Assembly (NCBI GenBank): GCA_902384795.1
Contig: CABMDC010000001.1
Span: 7,375 to 71,374 of the forward strand
DNA from: Candidatus Gugararchaeum adminiculabundum
GTDB taxonomy: Archaea > Micrarchaeota > Micrarchaeia > Burarchaeales > Gugararchaeaceae
Length of the DNA stretch: 64,000 nt
Direction: 5' to 3'
Shown: in pieces, positions 18,074 through 27,300 of the stretch
Position numbering within the stretch: the first letter of the stretch is position 1
Layout: each line of letters begins with the position of its first letter
Program-made: the position numbers and the translations under genes
Notes under the pieces: model-generated
The model's input: only the letters and a program-made list of their open reading frames with translations
The model's database searches: none
What the model was told of the DNA's origin: nothing

Positions 18074-21000
18074 ATGGTGCGGTTGTCCAGTGTTCTTGCA
18101 ATTTCAATTCTATTCCTCCTTCTCGCGCTGCCTTTCGCCTATGCTGACACTGAAATAACAGCCTGCGGCCAGGCGCTTGACTCGGACTCGCGGTATTTCC
18201 TAGCCGGCGATCTCTCGGATTCAGCCGACACCTGTCTCACAGTTGGCGCAGACTACATAACGATAGATTGCCAGGGCAACACTATTCGCCGCGCCTCGGG
18301 CACCGGTTTAGTTGGCATATCTACCTCCTATTCCTACACTACTATCACGAACTGCATCGTGAAGAACTATTCCGAATCAATTTTATTCAGTGGAGCAAGC
18401 AATGGATTAATAGAAAATACTACCGTAATCTCCACTTCCTCCGCGTCCACTCCGGGCATCGGAATCTACCTCACTTACAGCTCCGGCAATATCCTTACTA
18501 ACATCAACGCATCCTCAGACTTTGGCGCCGCCCTAGACCTCAACGCAGCCTCCGGCAATACCCTTACCAACATAACTGCAACCACGCTCGGTTCCGATGA
18601 CATTTCCTTTCTTGCCTATTCCATTTCCGATTGCCCCAACACTCTCACCAATGTCACTGGCACCGGCGGCAAGCCAATCCTATATCACGCCAGTTCCCCG
18701 GTAAACATCAGCAACACCGACGCATCGGTGATAGTTCTCTGCGATGCGAGCGGTTCAAACATAACAAATTCCAACGCCACCAAGGGCGGATTGCAGGTTT
18801 TCTATACTGAAAATTCAACTTTCTCAGGCATCACTACAACCTCCACTAATAACTGCGGCCTCTACCTCTCCCGCAGCTCCCGCAACATCATCACCAACCT
18901 CAATGCAACCTCCGTCAACAACGGCGGCGCCTACCTCCTTAACAGCAGAAATAACAACATAACAAACAGCAACTTTTTCTCTGATTTAAATAATGCGCTA
19001 CTCCTGCATTCGGACGACCCATTAGTTCACCCTACTAGTTACAATCTCCTAGTTGGCGTCAACGCAACCTCGAACGAAGGAATTGCATTCTATATTTACT
19101 GCGACCTTTGGCAATCTTGCGCCGACCACAACACCTTTGTCAATTCCATTGCAACCTCGGTCAACGGCACCGCCATCTACCTCACGGAGAGCTCGAACAC
19201 CAATCTCACCAATGTCAACGCATCCTCTTCCAATTCAGATGACCTTTACTTTACCACATTTACTTGTGAAGATTGCGACCCCCATGTTCTCCCAAAATGC
19301 ACCAACACTTTCACCAATGTCAAGGGCACGGACGGCAAGCCAATTTTATACAATGCCAATTCCCCGGCAACAATCAGCAACACCGATGCATCTGCAATAA
19401 TTCTCTGCAACGCGAGCGGCTCAAACATAACGAATTCAAACGCCACCCGCGGGGGAATCCAGGTTCTCTTTAGCAACAGCTCAACATTCTCCAACATCAT
19501 CGCCACCTCATTCTCAGAAAACGCCCTCTACCTCTATTACAGCCCCAACACCGCCCTTGCAAACATCAATGCAAGCTCTGTCAACGGCACCGGCCTCTGG
19601 ATCGACGCCAGTTCAGACAACAGCATCTCCAATGTAAACGCATCCAGCGCAGGCACCACTGCCATGCAATTCGTTTGGAGCGACCACAACAATCTTACGG
19701 GCATCATTGTGGCTTCCCTGTCCGGCACCGGCCTCAGCCTCTCTTTCTGTTCAGGCAACAACATTTATCATGCAACCCTCTCCGGCTATCCTGCCATTGA
19801 ACTCATTTACGATTCCAATGGCAGATTCAACGACATCAACGTAACCTCCTCCTACCTCTCCTCCACTCCCCTTCCTGCCATCGCATCCTATTCCACTTCC
19901 AATTTCACCCTCATTAACATCAATGTAAATTCCACTTACAACAGCGCATTTAACCTCGATCAGGGCTCAAGCAACATCACACTCATCAACATCACCGCAG
20001 CCTCGGCTGCCGATGCAATTGACTTTATTTTCGGCTCGTCCAAGATTTGCAACTATACGCTTGCCAATTTCACCGGAAGCGGAGGAAAGCGAATTCTGCT
20101 CTACGCCAACTCCCCGGCAACAATCAGCGACACCGATGCCTCCGCAATAATTCTCTGCAATGCAACCGGTTCAAGCGTAACCAATTCAAACGCCACCAAT
20201 GGCGGATTGCAAGTCTACTTCACTGAAAATTCAACTTTCTCAGGCATCACCGCGACTTCCCTCCAGGGCCCCTCTATCTATCTCTATGGCAGTTCCCGCA
20301 ACCGCATAACCAACGCAATTTCCACCAGCATTAGCAATTATGCAATACTCCTCGCCTCCAGTTCCAGCATCAACATAACAAATAGTGCGCTATCCGCGGG
20401 CTTTTCCGGCTGCAACAATACTGCAAACGAATGCTATGCCGCGTTTAACGCATCCGGCGGCTCGGGCAACATCTTCCTGCACAATAATATCACTGCCGAC
20501 TTCTGGGTTGACACTGATGAAAGCGACCTAATTCTCAACGACAGCACAAGCGGCAACTATTACCGGCTTTTCAACGGCACTAGCGCCTCCTCATTCTGCG
20601 ACATTACCAGCGGAACAAATACCTGGGCTGATGGCGGAGGCGCCCGGCCATTACAAAACGGATTATCCTGCCTGGCCTCGGATTATGGCTCCAGGTGGCC
20701 GGGATCAGAAGGCGCTGACTGGCATCCCTATGTGGGCCAAGTGGCAGACCCAAACAGCGTCAGCATCTGCAGATACCTCTCCAGCCCAAACACAGTTTAC
20801 ACTCTCAGCCAGTCAATCAACTCCCATGGCCACCACCCCTGCCTTACTGTAATGGCCGAGAACGTGACCCTCGACTGCAATGGATACAAAATCAACGGGC
20901 ATGGCGACGGCAAGGGAATATACTCCAACTACTCGGGCACGCGCGTGCTGAACTGCGACCTTAGGAATTTCTCCAGCGGAGGCGGCTACAGCATTGAATT

Positions 21001-22993
21001 CGAAAACAGCCGCAACAACCGCATCGAGAACACCTACGCGGACGACGGGGAAGACGGCATTGTCTTCAATTCAGTCAATGACAGCTACATAATCAATACC
21101 ACTTCAATCGGCATTGACGGTTCGGGCATCTATCTGAGCTCAAGCAGCGACAATATTCTTGAAAATTCCACTGCACTAAGCCAGAACTCGGGGGACGCGG
21201 TTGTAATTTACAATTCGCCGCGCATCAACATGACGCATTGCACCCTGACAGCTTCCGGATCCTACATCGCGCTCAATATGTATGATGATGGCGGAGACCT
21301 GCGCTCGGACAACGGCACCTTTGTCAGGAACACATTCATTGCAACCGACAGCGGTTCGGTGGCAGTGGCATTGGAAGGTGGGAGTGTAGGCGGCAACATC
21401 TTCCTAAACAACATCTTCCGCTCGGACACCTGGGTAATCTCAGGCTCACCCGATGCGAACTACTTCAATGATTCGGAAGTGGGCAACCGCTATTACTTTG
21501 CGAACGGCACCGGCGCATCCATCCTCTACGACATTTCGAGCAGCACAAGCGGAAGCTACTGGGCAGACCAGGGAACCGACCTTCCTTTTGGCGAGGCCGT
21601 TCTTGGGAGCGGCGTTTGGCATAGCGATGATGTCGACCGGCATCCCTATGTCTCCCATCCGAACGTCTTTGCCAATGGTTCGGACATAATCGTTTCCGGC
21701 TCTGCCACCAACCTAAGTGTTGTTATCGGCGGCACCAGCGATGTCAACAACAGCGAGCAAATCGGCGTCCAGACCGTGGCCATAGCCGCTTCAGGTTTGC
21801 CCATCGTTGAATTCAGCTATGATTTCACGGACTCGACTTTGAATCTCTCAGGCCTGGCAATCGAAACCGGTGTTGACGCGGACGGCAAAGCCTATGCCTC
21901 CATCTCCGGCATCAACACCAGCAATGTCATTGGCGGCAAGACCATCCACATGTATGATGCAAACCCGGAAGTCGACAGCGTGTGCGTGAAGGACGAGGCA
22001 AGCGCGGTTCACCTCAGCATTTCCCCGACCTGCACAGAATCAGATGAATATGTAGTGCCTTGCGATGGCGCAACCTACTCCGGCTACACCTGCACATTCG
22101 ATGGAACGACCGCAATCATTACCGGCCTGCAGCGCTCTGCCATAATACAGTTTTATTATATCAATTCAGTTTCAGAACCTGCCGCCCGTTCAACCGGAGG
22201 AGGATCCCTGAAATCCGTTTCACTAGGCAAATCATTCGACTGCAACACCGGAAAGCTGGAAGTGACGGCCACCTCTTCCAGGGCAGGCGTCCCGGGCCTG
22301 GCAATCCACCTTTTCCGCAGGGCTGATTTCAGCGTTTCTGAAAGCACAACCGATTCAACCGGAAAAGCGGTTTTCACAATCACCAAAGACGGCGCCTATG
22401 ACATTTACACCTATAAAACCGGAGCCTATTCGCCCACGGCCCTTAGTGTAATTGAGCTTGATTTGTGCCAGCAGCAGGCAAATCCACCTGTGACTACTCC
22501 GCCAGCAACCCCGCCCTCTTCATCCCCTCCAGAAACCCCGCCAACTCAGAATAATCCGGCTCTTCAACCCAACACTCCTCCTGCCGCGCCAGCAAATGAA
22601 GATTTGACAAAAGAGCAGGCAAAAGAAAAGGACGATGCCCAGGCGGCAATAGCGGCGGCGAATTCAGCAATTTCAACGGCAGCAGGAAAAGACACTTCTG
22701 CCGCAGCCGATAAATTAGACGCGGCGATTGCAGCATTCAATGCAGGCGACTTTGCCCAGGCAAAACAGCTCGCGCAGGAAGCGAATTCACTGGCATTGAA
22801 TTCAAAATCAGCAGTGCAGAAGCCAAAAGAAAACGCCAGCACAACGCAGCAGCCAATCAACAGCACATCCACTTCCGAATCAAACAGCAGCGAACAAAAC
22901 GGATTTAACTGGTCTCCGGTTTTGGGAGGAACCTTGGTTGCGCTATTTATATTGGCAGCCGCGTATTACGTCCTAAACCGGAGGAAAAATTAA
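18074..22993 (+). CDS. Large (about 1640 aa) surface glycoprotein with parallel beta-helix (NosD/CASH-like) repeats
   Basis: Signal peptide, Asn/Ser/Thr-rich PbH1-like repeats, three internal ~70-aa repeats (GKPILY.A.SP..IS.TDAS.I.LC.A.GS..TNSNAT.GG), many N-x-S/T sequons, Pro-rich linker, helical module, C-terminal TM helix. Confidence 0.85.
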   Translation: MVRLSSVLAISILFLLLALPFAYADTEITACGQALDSDSRYFLAGDLSDSADTCLTVGADYITIDCQGNTIRRASGTGLVGISTSYSYTTITNCIVKNYSESILFSGASNGLIENTTVISTSSASTPGIGIYLTYSSGNILTNINASSDFGAALDLNAASGNTLTNITATTLGSDDISFLAYSISDCPNTLTNVTGTGGKPILYHASSPVNISNTDASVIVLCDASGSNITNSNATKGGLQVFYTENSTFSGITTTSTNNCGLYLSRSSRNIITNLNATSVNNGGAYLLNSRNNNITNSNFFSDLNNALLLHSDDPLVHPTSYNLLVGVNATSNEGIAFYIYCDLWQSCADHNTFVNSIATSVNGTAIYLTESSNTNLTNVNASSSNSDDLYFTTFTCEDCDPHVLPKCTNTFTNVKGTDGKPILYNANSPATISNTDASAIILCNASGSNITNSNATRGGIQVLFSNSSTFSNIIATSFSENALYLYYSPNTALANINASSVNGTGLWIDASSDNSISNVNASSAGTTAMQFVWSDHNNLTGIIVASLSGTGLSLSFCSGNNIYHATLSGYPAIELIYDSNGRFNDINVTSSYLSSTPLPAIASYSTSNFTLININVNSTYNSAFNLDQGSSNITLINITAASAADAIDFIFGSSKICNYTLANFTGSGGKRILLYANSPATISDTDASAIILCNATGSSVTNSNATNGGLQVYFTENSTFSGITATSLQGPSIYLYGSSRNRITNAISTSISNYAILLASSSSINITNSALSAGFSGCNNTANECYAAFNASGGSGNIFLHNNITADFWVDTDESDLILNDSTSGNYYRLFNGTSASSFCDITSGTNTWADGGGARPLQNGLSCLASDYGSRWPGSEGADWHPYVGQVADPNSVSICRYLSSPNTVYTLSQSINSHGHHPCLTVMAENVTLDCNGYKINGHGDGKGIYSNYSGTRVLNCDLRNFSSGGGYSIEFENSRNNRIENTYADDGEDGIVFNSVNDSYIINTTSIGIDGSGIYLSSSSDNILENSTALSQNSGDAVVIYNSPRINMTHCTLTASGSYIALNMYDDGGDLRSDNGTFVRNTFIATDSGSVAVALEGGSVGGNIFLNNIFRSDTWVISGSPDANYFNDSEVGNRYYFANGTGASILYDISSSTSGSYWADQGTDLPFGEAVLGSGVWHSDDVDRHPYVSHPNVFANGSDIIVSGSATNLSVVIGGTSDVNNSEQIGVQTVAIAASGLPIVEFSYDFTDSTLNLSGLAIETGVDADGKAYASISGINTSNVIGGKTIHMYDANPEVDSVCVKDEASAVHLSISPTCTESDEYVVPCDGATYSGYTCTFDGTTAIITGLQRSAIIQFYYINSVSEPAARSTGGGSLKSVSLGKSFDCNTGKLEVTATSSRAGVPGLAIHLFRRADFSVSESTTDSTGKAVFTITKDGAYDIYTYKTGAYSPTALSVIELDLCQQQANPPVTTPPATPPSSSPPETPPTQNNPALQPNTPPAAPANEDLTKEQAKEKDDAQAAIAAANSAISTAAGKDTSAAADKLDAAIAAFNAGDFAQAKQLAQEANSLALNSKSAVQKPKENASTTQQPINSTSTSESNSSEQNGFNWSPVLGGTLVALFILAAAYYVLNRRKN

Positions 22994-23028
22994 GCAAATT
23001 CAATCCGCATTAGCAGATGCCAGTTTTT

Positions 23029-24339
23029 CTAAACCGGCCGCATTACGTTCCATTTCTTCAATGCCTCTGCAAGCTCAATATTCTTCGGATTCTCGGCCCA
23101 GTCAAACAAAGTCTCACCTTGCATGGCCGCTTCAATCGCCTGCATGGTCGCTTTCGCGCCAGCGCGCGTTCCGCGCGGGTGCCCATGAATTCCGCCGCTC
23201 ACAAGCAGCACCATCTCATTCCCGTAAATGTTCATCACATCAGGCACCAGGCCAGGATGCAATCCCCCTGAAGAAACCGGGAAGCAATTTTTCAGGCCAG
23301 CCCAGTCCTGCTCAAGCAGAATCTGCCCGTTTGCCTTTACTTTCTGCTCCCTAAGCACATCTGCAATAGCTTTCACTTCCTCGACCTTTCCTTCCAGTTT
23401 TCCAACGGCAGTTCCCGAGTGAATCTGGCTCACCCCAATCATCCTTTCCATCTTTGCCAAAAACTGCATGGTAATCCCGTGCTTCGGGTTCCTGCCAAAC
23501 GCGGCATGCATCGCCCTGTGCGCATGGATCGCCAGCCCCAAATCTGAGCAGTAATCCCTCATAGTCTGCACTCCTGCAAATCCCGTCACCACCACGTCAA
23601 TCATGCAATAGTTCCATCCATTGTCAGCAAGCATCTTCGCCCTTTTCTTCATCAATTCAGTCTCCGCGGTAATGTTGATGAATGCTGATTTTGTCTCTCC
23701 TGTTTCCTTCTCCGCCTTGTCCCTCAATTTGCTCATCAGCTTCACTCTTTCATCAAAATTGTTGAATGGAGTCGAAGTCAAATTCTCATCATCCTTTACA
23801 AAATCAAATCCTCCCATCCATGTCTCATAGCCGATTTCCGCGTGCTCCTTTGCGCTGAACCCGATCTTGGGTTTTGGAACAGCCCCGGTCAGCGGCCTTT
23901 TCTTAATGCCCATCATTTTCCTGATTCCGTCATTCCCGAACTTCGGCCCCTTGAAGGATTTGACGTACTTGGGCGGAAGCGTGGCATCAACCAATCTCAA
24001 ATTTTTCACGGCCTTCATGCCGAAAATATTCCCCGCAATCCCGCTCATCAGCTGGCACGCGTTTCCCGGCTCCCACAGTTCATAGGGGTACGCGACCTTC
24101 AGGAAGTTCCCGTCAATTTCAAACGAGGTTGCCTGCAGTTTTTTCATCCTTGGCGGCATGGTGAAAAGTGTGGTCCAGGTTCCGGTGGAGCTCTCGGAAG
24201 CGATCCTTCCCGCGGCCTCCTTGGGGCTCATCCCGTCAGCAGGCTCGAAATAAAACAGGCAGACAATCTCGTCCTTTGCCGGCTTGTAGTTCAAATTCAC
24301 AAACTCGTCATACCAGTCGATTTTCTTTTCTTCAGCCAT
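23029..24339 (-). CDS. rbcL: RuBisCO large subunit, form III
   Basis: ESSTGTW, GNIFGMK, PKPK, DFVKDDENL, HAHRAMH, GKLEG, SSGG, GGIHGHP: full catalytic residue set. Confidence 0.95.
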   Translation of the reverse strand: MAEEKKIDWYDEFVNLNYKPAKDEIVCLFYFEPADGMSPKEAAGRIASESSTGTWTTLFTMPPRMKKLQATSFEIDGNFLKVAYPYELWEPGNACQLMSGIAGNIFGMKAVKNLRLVDATLPPKYVKSFKGPKFGNDGIRKMMGIKKRPLTGAVPKPKIGFSAKEHAEIGYETWMGGFDFVKDDENLTSTPFNNFDERVKLMSKLRDKAEKETGETKSAFINITAETELMKKRAKMLADNGWNYCMIDVVVTGFAGVQTMRDYCSDLGLAIHAHRAMHAAFGRNPKHGITMQFLAKMERMIGVSQIHSGTAVGKLEGKVEEVKAIADVLREQKVKANGQILLEQDWAGLKNCFPVSSGGLHPGLVPDVMNIYGNEMVLLVSGGIHGHPRGTRAGAKATMQAIEAAMQGETLFDWAENPKNIELAEALKKWNVMRPV

Positions 24340-24421
24340 AGGAACACCCCATCCTTAATGCGCTTCCCGCAGTCGGGTTACTCTATTCGCATTAAAAAAC
24401 TTTCCCGCCTAAATTCCATCA

Positions 24422-25831
24422 ATGAACATCCCGAAAAGCAATTTCTCAGACTGGTACAACGAGGTCATCTACTCCGCCGGAATAGTGGACATCCGCTACC
24501 CGGTAAAGGGAATGCCCATCTACACCTCCTGGGGCTTCGGAGCAATCCGCAAATCATTCGCAATCCTCGAAGAACTCCTGGAACAAACCGGCCACGGGCA
24601 AATGCTCTTCCCGCTCCTGGTTCCGGAGGATTTGTTCGGGGCAGAGGGCGAGCACATCAAGGGATTTGGCGGCGAGGTTTTGTGGGTCACCCAGGGCGGA
24701 AACGAGACGCTCGAAAGAAAGCTCGCAGTCCGGCCCACGAGCGAGACAATCATGTACCCGATGTTCGCCCAGTGGATCCGCGCTCACACAGATTTCCCGC
24801 TCAAGGTTCACCAGACCGTCACTATATATAGGCACGAAACCAAGGCCACAAAACCATTAGTCAGGGGGCGTGAAGTCTACTGGAACGAGGCTCACTCAGC
24901 TTTCCGCAATGAGAAGGAAGCAGAGGAAAGCATCCGCGAAGGATTGCAAATCTATTCCGAATTCTACGCCACTCTCGCGCTCCCATTCACCGCTTTAGTC
25001 CGCCCGGATTATGACAAATTCCCAGGCGCAAAATACAGCATAGCATTCGACATCCTAATGCCAGACGGAAAAGTCCTGCAGGCGGCAACAATTCACAATC
25101 TAGCAGACAATTTCGCCAAAGTCTACTCCATTCAATACGACGATGAAAAAGGCGAAAAGCACTATGCTCACCAGACAACTTTCGGCTTGTCCATGCGCTG
25201 CCTCGCGGCAGCAATTGGCGTGCACGGCGATGACAAGGGGTTAATTTTGCCTCCTGCAATTTCACCGATTCAGGCAATCATAATTCCAATTCCAGGCAAA
25301 GAAGAAAAGGAAAGCGCCGCAGTTGATGCAAAAGCAAAGGAAGTGAAAGCAAAATTGGAAGGCGCAGGAATTCGCGTTCATCTTGACTGCTCGGAAAAAA
25401 GACCGGGCGAGAAATACTATCACTGGGAAATGAAAGGAGTCCCGCTCAGGATTGAAATCGGGCCCAGGGACATCGCGAACAAGAAAGTAATGCTCGCCTT
25501 GCGCACCGGCGGAAAAAAGCCAATCGATGAAAGCAAACTAGTCGAGGCTACACGGGACGCATTCGCGGAAATCCTGAAAACACTGGAAGAAAAAGCAAAG
25601 AAAGAGCTGGAAGGAAAAATTTCCAAAGCAAAAAGCATGGACGATTTGAAAAAAGGAACCGGCATTTTCACAGCAGGCTGGTGCGAGAATCAGAAGTGCG
25701 CAGATGAAGTGAAAACCGAAACAGGCGGGGTTGAAGTGCGCGGATTTTTATTTGACAAAAAGAAGGAAAAGGCAAAATGCGTGAAGTGCGGAAAAGACGG
25801 AACTCTTGCCTACTGGGCAAAAGCCTACTGA
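24422..25831 (+). CDS. proS: Proline--tRNA ligase (archaeal/eukaryotic type)
   Basis: RYPVKG, RPTSET, RHETK, HGDDKGL, C-terminal Zn site and AKAY. Confidence 0.96.
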   Translation: MNIPKSNFSDWYNEVIYSAGIVDIRYPVKGMPIYTSWGFGAIRKSFAILEELLEQTGHGQMLFPLLVPEDLFGAEGEHIKGFGGEVLWVTQGGNETLERKLAVRPTSETIMYPMFAQWIRAHTDFPLKVHQTVTIYRHETKATKPLVRGREVYWNEAHSAFRNEKEAEESIREGLQIYSEFYATLALPFTALVRPDYDKFPGAKYSIAFDILMPDGKVLQAATIHNLADNFAKVYSIQYDDEKGEKHYAHQTTFGLSMRCLAAAIGVHGDDKGLILPPAISPIQAIIIPIPGKEEKESAAVDAKAKEVKAKLEGAGIRVHLDCSEKRPGEKYYHWEMKGVPLRIEIGPRDIANKKVMLALRTGGKKPIDESKLVEATRDAFAEILKTLEEKAKKELEGKISKAKSMDDLKKGTGIFTAGWCENQKCADEVKTETGGVEVRGFLFDKKKEKAKCVKCGKDGTLAYWAKAY

Positions 25832-25891
25832 GAATGGCAGCACGGCTCGTCCAATATTATAATATACTCATTTCAACAAAATAATTAGCGC

Positions 25892-25964
25892 AGCCCCGTC
25901 GTCTAGTGGCCAAGGATAGGAGGCTTTGAACCTTCTGACAGCGGTTCGACTCCGCTCGGGGCTA
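25892..25964 (+). tRNA. tRNA-Gln (UUG), no intron, CCA not encoded
   Basis: Acceptor stem AGCCCCG/CGGGGCT, anticodon arm GGAGG-ctTTGaa-CCTTC, T arm GCGG-TTCGACT-CCGC. Confidence 0.95.
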
Positions 25965-25971
25965 TTCTACT

Positions 25972-26253
25972 CTACTTCACCGAGAAACTCTTAAATTCCC
26001 CGGTCGCCTTCCCATAAGTAGTTTCAAATTCCCTAACCTCGACCGGATAATCCAATGCGCGTATTTTGTCAATGAACTCGTCAATTTTTTCTTCGGTCCC
26101 TTCGGCAACGACTTCCACGGTTCCATCTTCCAGATTCTCGGCATAGCCCAGCACTCCGGCCGCATCCGCTGCCTCCTTCATTTTCGCCCTGCAGAAAACG
26201 CCCTGCACGATTCCCTTGGCAATGCCAATCATCCTGATTTTTTTCTCTTCCAT
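25972..26253 (-). CDS. Acylphosphatase
   Basis: GIVQGVFCR, GYAENLEDGTVEVVAEG. Confidence 0.9.
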   Translation of the reverse strand: MEEKKIRMIGIAKGIVQGVFCRAKMKEAADAAGVLGYAENLEDGTVEVVAEGTEEKIDEFIDKIRALDYPVEVREFETTYGKATGEFKSFSVK

Positions 26254-26346
26254 GGATACCTTTTGCAAGCCAGGTTTTTTATACCCGAACCGGCTCCCGC
26301 GGACGCAAATCTATATATTTACATGATTTTATAGAATTAGCAACTT

Positions 26347-27108
26347 GTGATTTTCATGACCAATCCAATCTCAATAATGCGGGCAGAGCTTCTGCTGAAA
26401 GATCCGCGCGCAGTGATGCAGCGGGATCCTTTGCGAAAGGTTCCTGCAGGAGGGCACGAAGGCTGCCTGGTCCCTATCACTCTCGAGTCCAAAAAAGTAA
26501 AGCTAGAGGTTCTCCCGGAAACGCTAAGGTCCGAAATTCTCATGATGAAAGTTTTCAGGGACTATATGAAAGAAACAGGCAAAATGCTCGATGGCGAGCG
26601 CCTAAGCCCTGAGGATTTTACTGTTCGAGTTTGCGAAAGGCTGCGCAGCGCAGGCGTGCCTGTTGTTGATTTAATCTACGCAAAAGACGGAGTACTTTTC
26701 ATGGACGATTTCCGCATCGGAGCAGACCGTTGCATAGACGGAGCGAATTTCGATTTTTCCTTCCAGCCAAAAGAGTTGCAGCCCCCTGCCAATGCCTATT
26801 TTGCAAAACATTCACTCGAAATATTCGAAGCCCTGGGAAAAATTCACGGCAGCGGTTTTGTGGTGAGCAACTGGCATACTCTCCTGTCCGTCTTTTTTAT
26901 TGTAATAATTGGCAATGAAAGCAAGTTGCTTGTGTGCGACTACTCCAACCTCGACCAGCGCCAGGACCCGGCCGAGTTTAACTCGAAGTGCCAAGGCGCC
27001 TTCACGATTCTTCTTACCTGTGCCTGTTCCCAGTGGGACCATACGCGCGAAGAATTCGTTTCTGCCTATGAAAAAGGCAAAAATTCCATCCAAACTCCCG
27101 CGCGCTAA
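26347..27108 (+). CDS. Hypothetical protein with a degenerate protein-kinase-like (RIO/Bud32/Kdo) fold
   Basis: LRSAGVPV...LFMDDF...LGKIHGSGFV...LLVCDY; canonical HxD motif absent. Confidence 0.5.
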   Translation: MIFMTNPISIMRAELLLKDPRAVMQRDPLRKVPAGGHEGCLVPITLESKKVKLEVLPETLRSEILMMKVFRDYMKETGKMLDGERLSPEDFTVRVCERLRSAGVPVVDLIYAKDGVLFMDDFRIGADRCIDGANFDFSFQPKELQPPANAYFAKHSLEIFEALGKIHGSGFVVSNWHTLLSVFFIVIIGNESKLLVCDYSNLDQRQDPAEFNSKCQGAFTILLTCACSQWDHTREEFVSAYEKGKNSIQTPAR

Positions 27109-27171
27109 TCTCTTTTTCTGTTCTTCTCCCTAGCTACCACTATTTAATCTTTGGACACCATAATAATTAGC

Positions 27172-27238
27172 GGCAGTGATGACACCGTCCCAGGGATGTA
27201 GGCGCAAGCCAATGCATCGACGGAGTAGCTTCTGAGCC
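27172..27238 (+). ncRNA. Box C/D small RNA with an internal hairpin
   Basis: Box C GTGATGA 27176-27182, box D CTGA 27232-27235, terminal GGC/GCC stem, internal stem with a GCAA tetraloop, upstream TATA-like TATTTAA at 27141. Confidence 0.75.
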
Positions 27239-27300
27239 ACTAAATTTTCCTTTCACCAGCCATGGGCAATATTTATATACGACGGATGATTTGGTCTAGC

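Noticed and set aside
18300-20600. Strong C-rich/G-poor strand composition suggesting foreign DNA
   Set aside because: Explained by Ser/Thr/Asn/Ile-rich beta-helix coding; not sufficient evidence of transfer.
23029-24339. RuBisCO as evidence of Calvin-cycle carbon fixation, or as a RuBisCO-like protein (form IV)
   Set aside because: Catalytic residues are intact and form III-like, there is no rbcS or PRK nearby, and the R15P isomerase points to nucleoside salvage.
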